Shown here piece by piece: positions 57,322 to 64,000 of a DNA stretch of 64,000 nt (its first letter is position 1; every line of letters begins with the position of its first letter). The DNA comes from Octopus vulgaris (lineage: Eukaryota), in the NCBI GenBank assembly GCA_951406725.2, contig OX597817.1, positions 18,228,001-18,292,000 on the forward strand, in the 5' to 3' direction. Both the position numbers and the translations under genes were made by a program. The notes under the pieces are model-generated. The model did no database searches, was not told where the DNA came from, and saw only the letters and a program-made list of their open reading frames with translations.

Positions 57322-57694
57322 TGAAGTATATTTGCCACTTACATGTGGCTAACCCCTAAGGGTGGATGTTACTGTAGCTTGTAGCCCCAGGAGGACACCT
57401 CCTCCAGCTGGGTATTGACACACTTTCTGTGCCCTATCAGTATTTGCAAAGGGAAGCCATCCTTCCCGTCTTCAACCTATGATACACATGGATTCGAGTT
57501 TCTGACTATTGACCCGTCATCAGCGTGTGACAATCAGCGGTTGTTGATGAAAAAGTAGGCTTCCCTTTGCAAATGCTGATAGGGTACAGAAAGTGTGTCA
57601 ATAGCCAGCTGGAGAAGATGTTCTCCTGGGGCTACAAGCTACAGTAGCATCCACCCTTAGGGTTTAGCCACATGTAATTGACAAATATACTCCA
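57321..57694. mobile_element. MITE/foldback element with ~135-bp terminal inverted repeats
   Basis: agtatatttgccacttacatgtggctaacccctaagggtggatg...tttgcaaagggaagcc versus ggcttccctttgcaaa...catccacccttagggtttagccacatgtaattgacaaatatact. Confidence 0.9.
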
Positions 57695-57742
57695 TAATGT
57701 CGTGCAGCTACTGTTTATACCACATTCAGAGATTTGTTATTG

Positions 57743-57797
<55 letters not shown>

Positions 57798-57799
<2 letters not shown>

Positions 57800-57958
57800 T
57801 CGTGGTTGTGTGGTAAGAAGCTTGCTTCTCAACCACATGTTACACAGTTCGGTCCCACTCAGTGGGACTGAAATTTGGCAAGTGTCTTCTTCTATTGTCT
57901 GAGGCCGAACAAGGCCTTGTAAGTGCGTTTGGTTGACGGAAACTGAAAGAAGCCCGTC

Positions 57959-58024
<66 letters not shown>

Positions 58025-58268
58025 ATGTGTGTGGGTATGTGTTTATGAGTCCATGTCTTTGTGTCTGTTTATCCCCACCACTCGACAACCGGTGTTGGTG
58101 TGTTTACGTCCCTGTAGCTTAACAGTTCGGCAAAAGAGAACGATAGAATAAGCATCAGGCTTTAAGAAATAAGCCCTGGGGTAGATTTGTTCGACTAAAA
58201 CCCTTCAAGGCTGTATCCCAGCATGGCTGCAGTCAAACGACTTAAACAAGTAATATAAAACATAAAAG
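57798..58268 (+). mobile_element. SINE family A (diverged)
   Basis: Head gtggttgtgtggtaagaagcttgc; gaaagaagcccgtcg(TA)n; tail ccagcatggctgcagtc. Confidence 0.85.
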
Positions 58269-59627
58269 GCACACACGAGCACACATACACACACACACGC
58301 ACACACACACAGACGCACACACACACACACACACACACACAGACGCACACACACACATACACACACACATACACACACACACACACACACTCACTCACAG
58401 ATATATGTATGTGTATGCTTCTGTGTGCGCGCTTATTACATGCAATAAAAGGATGTGTCCTAATTGCCGCTTTATAAAACTTTATCGTATGAGTATTTTC
58501 GTAAGAGTCATTTTAGCTTTGTATGGGACAGTAAAGTTTCCAAATCCATCCTCAACGATTCCAGACCTTCACACTCTCATCTTTTAAATGAAATAACGTT
58601 TGAGCGCTGCTGCTTCTTTATAGTAAGCAAGGCGAAGGTGATTGGTGTAGACAGAAGAATTGGAATTTGAAATTTAGATAGTTAATCTTATAGATCTATT
58701 GTCAAGTGTTTATTTCATTTGTGATTATTGTGTGCTTTCTACGTTTATTTTAGCATTGGACTGTGCTATGGGTATTATTTCCATCATTAATTGCCTACTT
58801 TTGTGGAGAATTCTGTAAAAAATAGATACATTGTTTACTATTTCAAATAGTGTGATGTAGTATATTGCATGTGTTCTTTGTTATAAGTGCAAGTTGAGCC
58901 TTCAGGAGAATGACTTAATTGTTTGGGCAATATTGTGGTTGAAGTTCTATAGTCTACTACTTCTCTGCTGGAAACGAATTCATGTTTCAGATTGATCAAT
59001 AGTAAGCTTCCAAGTAAGCTTATGTTTTGTTGTTGATGTTTCGTTATAGATCAGAGAATATTTTAATGTTGGTGTCTTTGTAGTATATAAATGCTTGTTA
59101 GTTTATGATTTGGTGTAGTGCATTTTGCATTTTATTTACTGAGAATTTTTAGAACATGAGCAATTATTTCGTTGTTTGTACGCATGTGACACATCTAATT
59201 TATTCACGGCTCATGTATTTTAATACATAAATTGTCTGATATATTTATTGTTTGACCAAATGATAAAACTAAAACACAGTCGTGTTTTGAATTCATGTTT
59301 AAAAAACGCTGTTCCACCCACACCCAAACACACTTCCACATAAACATATGTGCGTGCGTATATGTGTGTCATGGGTATGACATTAAACTGCATCCAGCGG
59401 TGATGCTCCAGTTCGAGTTATCCCTTAATCGCCATTACTCCCAGGTCGTTCTGACTAGGAACGGTGGTAATTGTCAGGGTCCAATCTATGGGCTAAATTG
59501 ATTTCCCCGGGGTAGAGGAGGCTCCCCCACCCGCTATTTTTGATGAAGTTGTGGGGAAGGCAGAACTTCTAGGAGGGAAATACTCTAGTATAAAACTTGC
59601 AATGTTTGTAACTAGAACTTACTATAA

Positions 59628-59858
59628 ATTCTTTACTACCCACAAGGGGCTAAACATAGAGTGGACAAACAAGGACAGACAAACGGATTAAGTCGATTAC
59701 ATCGACCCCAGTGCGTAACTGGTACTTAATTTATCGACTCCGAAAGGATGAAAGACAAAGTCGACCTCGGCGGAGTTTGAACTCAGAACGTAACGGCAGA
59801 CGAAATACCGCTAAGCATTTCGCCCGGCATGCTAACGTTTCTGCCAGCTCGCCGCCTT
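59628..59858 (-). mobile_element. SINE family B, full length
   Basis: Near-identical to 10603-10836; possible TSD aact(ag/gg)(a/t)acttactat. Confidence 0.85.
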
Positions 59859-60109
59859 AACTGGTACTTACTATGGTAACCGGGAGAATGGCCAAGTGTT
59901 GTACATGCTTTTGTCACTTAAATCCTATGATGTACAAACGTCTTCCAGTTGTAATGTGAGACGGCTATCATTTCACAAGATGAGGCAATTATCATGCGCG
60001 CGTGCGCGTGTGTATGAATGTGTGTCTGTATAAGTTTTCGGGTATAGGAGCAGCTTTTCTTTTAAATATGTTATATTGATGACAACTTTATCCAAGTATT
60101 CTTTTCTTC

Positions 60110-60300
60110 TTTTCTTTTACTTGTTTCAGTCATTTGACTGCGGCCATGCTGAAGCACCGTCTTTAGTCGAGCAAATCGATCCCAGGACTTATTCTTTGTA
60201 AGCCTTAATACTTATTCTATCGGTCTCTCTTACCGAACCGCTATGTGACGGGGACATAAACACACCAGCATCGATTATTAAGCGATGTTGGGGGACAAAC

Positions 60301-60383
<83 letters not shown>

Positions 60384-60538
60384 CGACGGGCTTCTTTCAG
60401 CTTCCCTCTGCCAAATCCACTCACAAGGCTTTGGTCGGCTCAAGGCTATAGTAGAAGACACTTGCCCAAGGTGCCACGAAGTGGGACTGAACCCGGAACC
60501 ATGTGGTTCGTAAGCAAGCTACTTACCACACAGCCACT
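60110..60538 (-). mobile_element. SINE family A
   Basis: Matches 1006-1381; internal (GACA)n(CA)n. Confidence 0.85.
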
Positions 60539-61010
60539 ATGATTTTAGTGTTTTCTTATTTGTTTTTTTTTTTAATTTTTAGTTTGGAACATAACATTTC
60601 TAAATCCATTAAGGTTTGTAGAACTCGGTCTCGTCGTAAATTTATGGGTGAAACGAAGCATATACAGTAACATTCGACGAGGCCCCAGTCACTGTGTTCT
60701 ACCACGAGGGAAAGTCAACCAATAGATACTGGTTCTTTCCAGATTATAGTGTCATTTGTTATATTCAGAAATCGAAGTTGCGTTCGTTCTAGGCATCTAG
60801 AATTTACTTTAGAACAAGTATTAATTGAAGCAGATTAAAGAAAATCACTTGCGTGAGTGCCAGTTATGTTTCAGGGACAGAAACTAAAATGAATTCATCA
60901 AGCTAATGAGACTATTTTTAATTATATATTAGCCTTGTTGATTTTACAACAGCGGGCTTTATCTACCTAAGATCCCTTTGCCTATGATGTGTACGCTAAA
61001 GTATATCATA

Positions 61011-61390
61011 AGGCGGCGAGCTGGCAGAATCGTTAGCACGCCGGGCGAAATGCTTAGCGGTATTTCGTCTGCCGCTACGTTCTGAGTTCAAATTCCGCCG
61101 AGGTTGACTTTACCTTTCATCCTTTCGGGGTCGATAAATTAAGTACCAGTTACGTACCGGGGTCGATGTAATCGACTTAATACCTATGTCTGTCTTTGTT
61201 TGTCCCCTCTACGTTTAGCCCGTTGTGGGTAATAAAGAAATAGGTATTTCGTCTGCCGTTACGTTGTGAGTTCAAATTCCGCCGAGGTCGACTATGCCTT
61301 TTATCCTTTCGGGGTCGATAAATTAAGTACCAGTTACGCACTGGGGTCGATGTAATCGACTTAATACCTATGCCTATCCTTGTTTAGGTA
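61011..61390 (+). mobile_element. SINE family B dimer
   Basis: Full head followed by a second unit restarting at ggtatttcgtctgccg after taaagaaata. Confidence 0.85.
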
Positions 61391-63202
61391 TATATATCTA
61401 CGACCTTATGAATAGTTGTGTATTTAAGAATCCCACTTTGCTACTTATTTGTTTCATGTTCAGTTTCATTGAGCAGCACTTTGTTACTGCTCTTGAGTGA
61501 CACTCAGTTTGTCGCCCTAGTTAGATTCACCACCGATCTACTAAGATGCCTTAAGTGAAGTTCAAAGTATTGCAAATTTGAACTTGGACTTCGGTTTGAG
61601 GGTAACGCTCTCACTTCATTTCAAAAGTCTCAGAGGCCCTGAATACTGTTATTGTCACGACTCTTCCTCTCCTGATTAAGTCATTTTACGAAATGGACAC
61701 AACTCTCTACCAGACACACAAACCGTTAAACCAACCATAATCATTATAGATACCCTATCAACTCAATTGGCTTGGACTCATTTTATTAGCTTACTCCACT
61801 CGCTCTTATATTATAAGAGAGATAGATTATAGTTATCTTTTAGTTGATGCCAACTAACAAAGACGGAGAAGAGAGAAGAGAGAAAGAAAGGAAGAGAGGC
61901 AGAGTGAGATAAGTACGTTACAAATATCAGAAAGTAATAACATAATCACTGAAAGTAATTAATACGCCAAATCAATACACAAAAGACATTTTGAAACTTT
62001 TTCGTCTAACAATAAGTAATGTTATTGCTCAAACATTCAAAATCACATTCATTCAATGAAAAGCTGCTTAGTTATCTTCCGTTGAGATGTTGCAAAAAAA
62101 GAAAAAAAATAATAATAAATAAGTAAATAAATAAAGATAAATAAAAGAACAATTACCTTAATCAACGGTTCAAGACTGGAGCAGTACTTGAACATTTTCC
62201 GAAGGAGAAAAGGTCCAGGCTCAGAATTTTTAATAAGATATTAAATACATGAATTTAACCTTTTGCGAAAGTTATTTGATTCCAGTGTGTGTGAAACTAA
62301 TAATATAATCATTTCTAATATCCTAACACAAACTAGTGATTAATACTTAAAATCAATCAATAAAACAACCATCAAAAAACAGTTATAAAACTTTCATCAA
62401 ACAGCCACTATCAGTAACGTTATTGCTGAAATATTCAAAATCAGATTCATTCATTGAGAAACAAAATAGTTATCTTTTAGTTGACGCCATCAGACAAAGG
62501 AAGAGAGAGAAAAAAATACAAGAAAAAACATCAGAATGAAAACAACAGCAACAACAACAACAATGACAACAACAAACAATAATAAAATAAATAGAATTAA
62601 AGATGATGGAAGGAGAGAAAAAGAATCTTGTCTCTTAGAAAGAGACTATTATTTTGTTGAATGAGTTTAAATGAAATAAAGAATAAAGAGGTATCCATAC
62701 GATGTAATATACAAGCGTCATATGCAAGGCAGACAACAAATACACACAGTGCCAAAGACAAATAGGTTAAAAGAAAGAATGGCGAAAAAAAAGTGTGAGG
62801 AGAAGAGAAAATGTCTAGTCCTAAAGCAAACAATGACTAAGTTAAAGCAGGAAATAACTGCCACGTCTCAAAGATTCAGTCATAAACTTATATTTGGTAA
62901 AACATTGACGGTGTTCTATCCTCGTGTGGTTAAAAGCCAACTTCAATAATGATGTAGATTATCAAGCTATCTCGAGCTAATGGGAAAATAAATCTGTTTG
63001 TTTGCTCGACCTGCTAGAAATAGCAGCCAAATTTTTCTCATATCAATCATATCAAACTGTTGTAGAAAAGGGCGCATTGAATCACGTAGTCCCGGATAAA
63101 TAATAAAACTGGATGGTCACAGCTTGAACGTCGTTGTTGCTGTTGTTATTAAATCTTATATCAGCGAATAGAGCCGACAGGTGGCTAAACAACAACATCA
63201 TC

Positions 63203-63254
<52 letters not shown>

Positions 63255-63742
63255 GCAGCAGCCGTTCAAGAATTTGGACCTGGAGATCTCCATTTCCAGC
63301 TACTTCGAGGGCCACCTCCCAGTGGTGTCGGGCGTCAACGAAGAGCCCTCGATTACAACAAGACGACCAAAGTTTTTTTTTCTTCCAAGGTCTTGGGTCT
63401 CCCACCCCTAAGTCCTAGACCATCACCTAATCACCCTTACCCGTCTTGTTGCTTAACAACAACAACAACAACAGAAGCAACAGCAATAACGAAAACACCA
63501 ACAGTCTAATTAGATACGAATATCTCTTGTATTGTTTACGTTAAGTCCTATTCCAACCTTGAGCAACTGTGTCCACTCTACTAAAACAGTGATCTTCATA
63601 TGTTACACTCGACATTAATATTGAATTGAAAGAGGATTTCAGAATTGTCTGACACGTTCCAACAACACTCACCTAAACATAATGTGTACTTGAAACAAAG
63701 AGATGGCTTATAATAACAAAGCAACAAGGTCAGATCGAAGAC

Positions 63743-63785
<43 letters not shown>

Positions 63786-63799
63786 TATAATAATAGCAA

Positions 63800-64000
63800 A
63801 ATACTCTCTATGTAATCTCAAGGTTTAAAACAAACATAATTTTCGGTTTAAAAAGGAAAAAAAAAAAAAAAACCTTTTTTTTTTCTTTTTAGACATTCAT
63901 TAGTACAACATCCCCAGCCCCCAAATATATGGCACACTAGGCATAACAACAACATGAACTTCCAACCCTGTTGTCTCTTGAGGTCTCTGGGTGAGACTTG
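63800..64000 (+). mobile_element. R4/Dong-like LINE 3' UTR following (TAA)n
   Basis: ctctatgtaatctcaa..ctaggcataac..aacatgaact..gtctcttgaggtctctggg.gagacttg matches 16475-16640. Confidence 0.75.

Noticed and set aside
63305-63352. Complete HDV-like ribozyme
   Set aside because: A P3/L3-like hairpin and CGAA are present, but no adequate P1 pairing was found; kept only as a structured element
63181-63411. Poly-Q protein ORF
   Set aside because: The Q-run comes from (CAA)n; no splice or homology support visible

Overview
AT-rich, repeat-saturated eukaryotic DNA with no intact host protein-coding gene; it reads as intron or intergenic sequence. The dense (TA)n/(CA)n/(TATG)n/(AAT)n microsatellites and the SINE and LINE families suggest a coleoid cephalopod (probably Octopus), which is an inference from pattern recognition. 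Almost all ORFs in the track are microsatellite translations. The real content is: three or more tRNA-headed SINE families; many fragments of restriction-like-endonuclease (R4/Dong-like) LINEs embedded in microsatellites; one young 2.3-kb 5'-truncated CR1/L2-group LINE nested in an older LINE; RTE remnants; decayed mariner elements; two tandem non-autonomous Helitrons; a long-TIR MITE; and a 300-bp palindrome. The most interesting signals, folded by eye, are self-cleaving-ribozyme motifs in short non-autonomous elements: an HDV-like fold at the exact 5' end of a ~550-bp RTE-like element (2158-2236, minus) and several minimal hammerhead cores (5582-5616, 57148-57182, 55803-55838, plus decayed ones). 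LINE chains also appear to target particular microsatellites. A few isolated splice-site-bounded segments could be exons of a plus-strand transcript (low confidence). Coordinates of degenerate elements are approximate.
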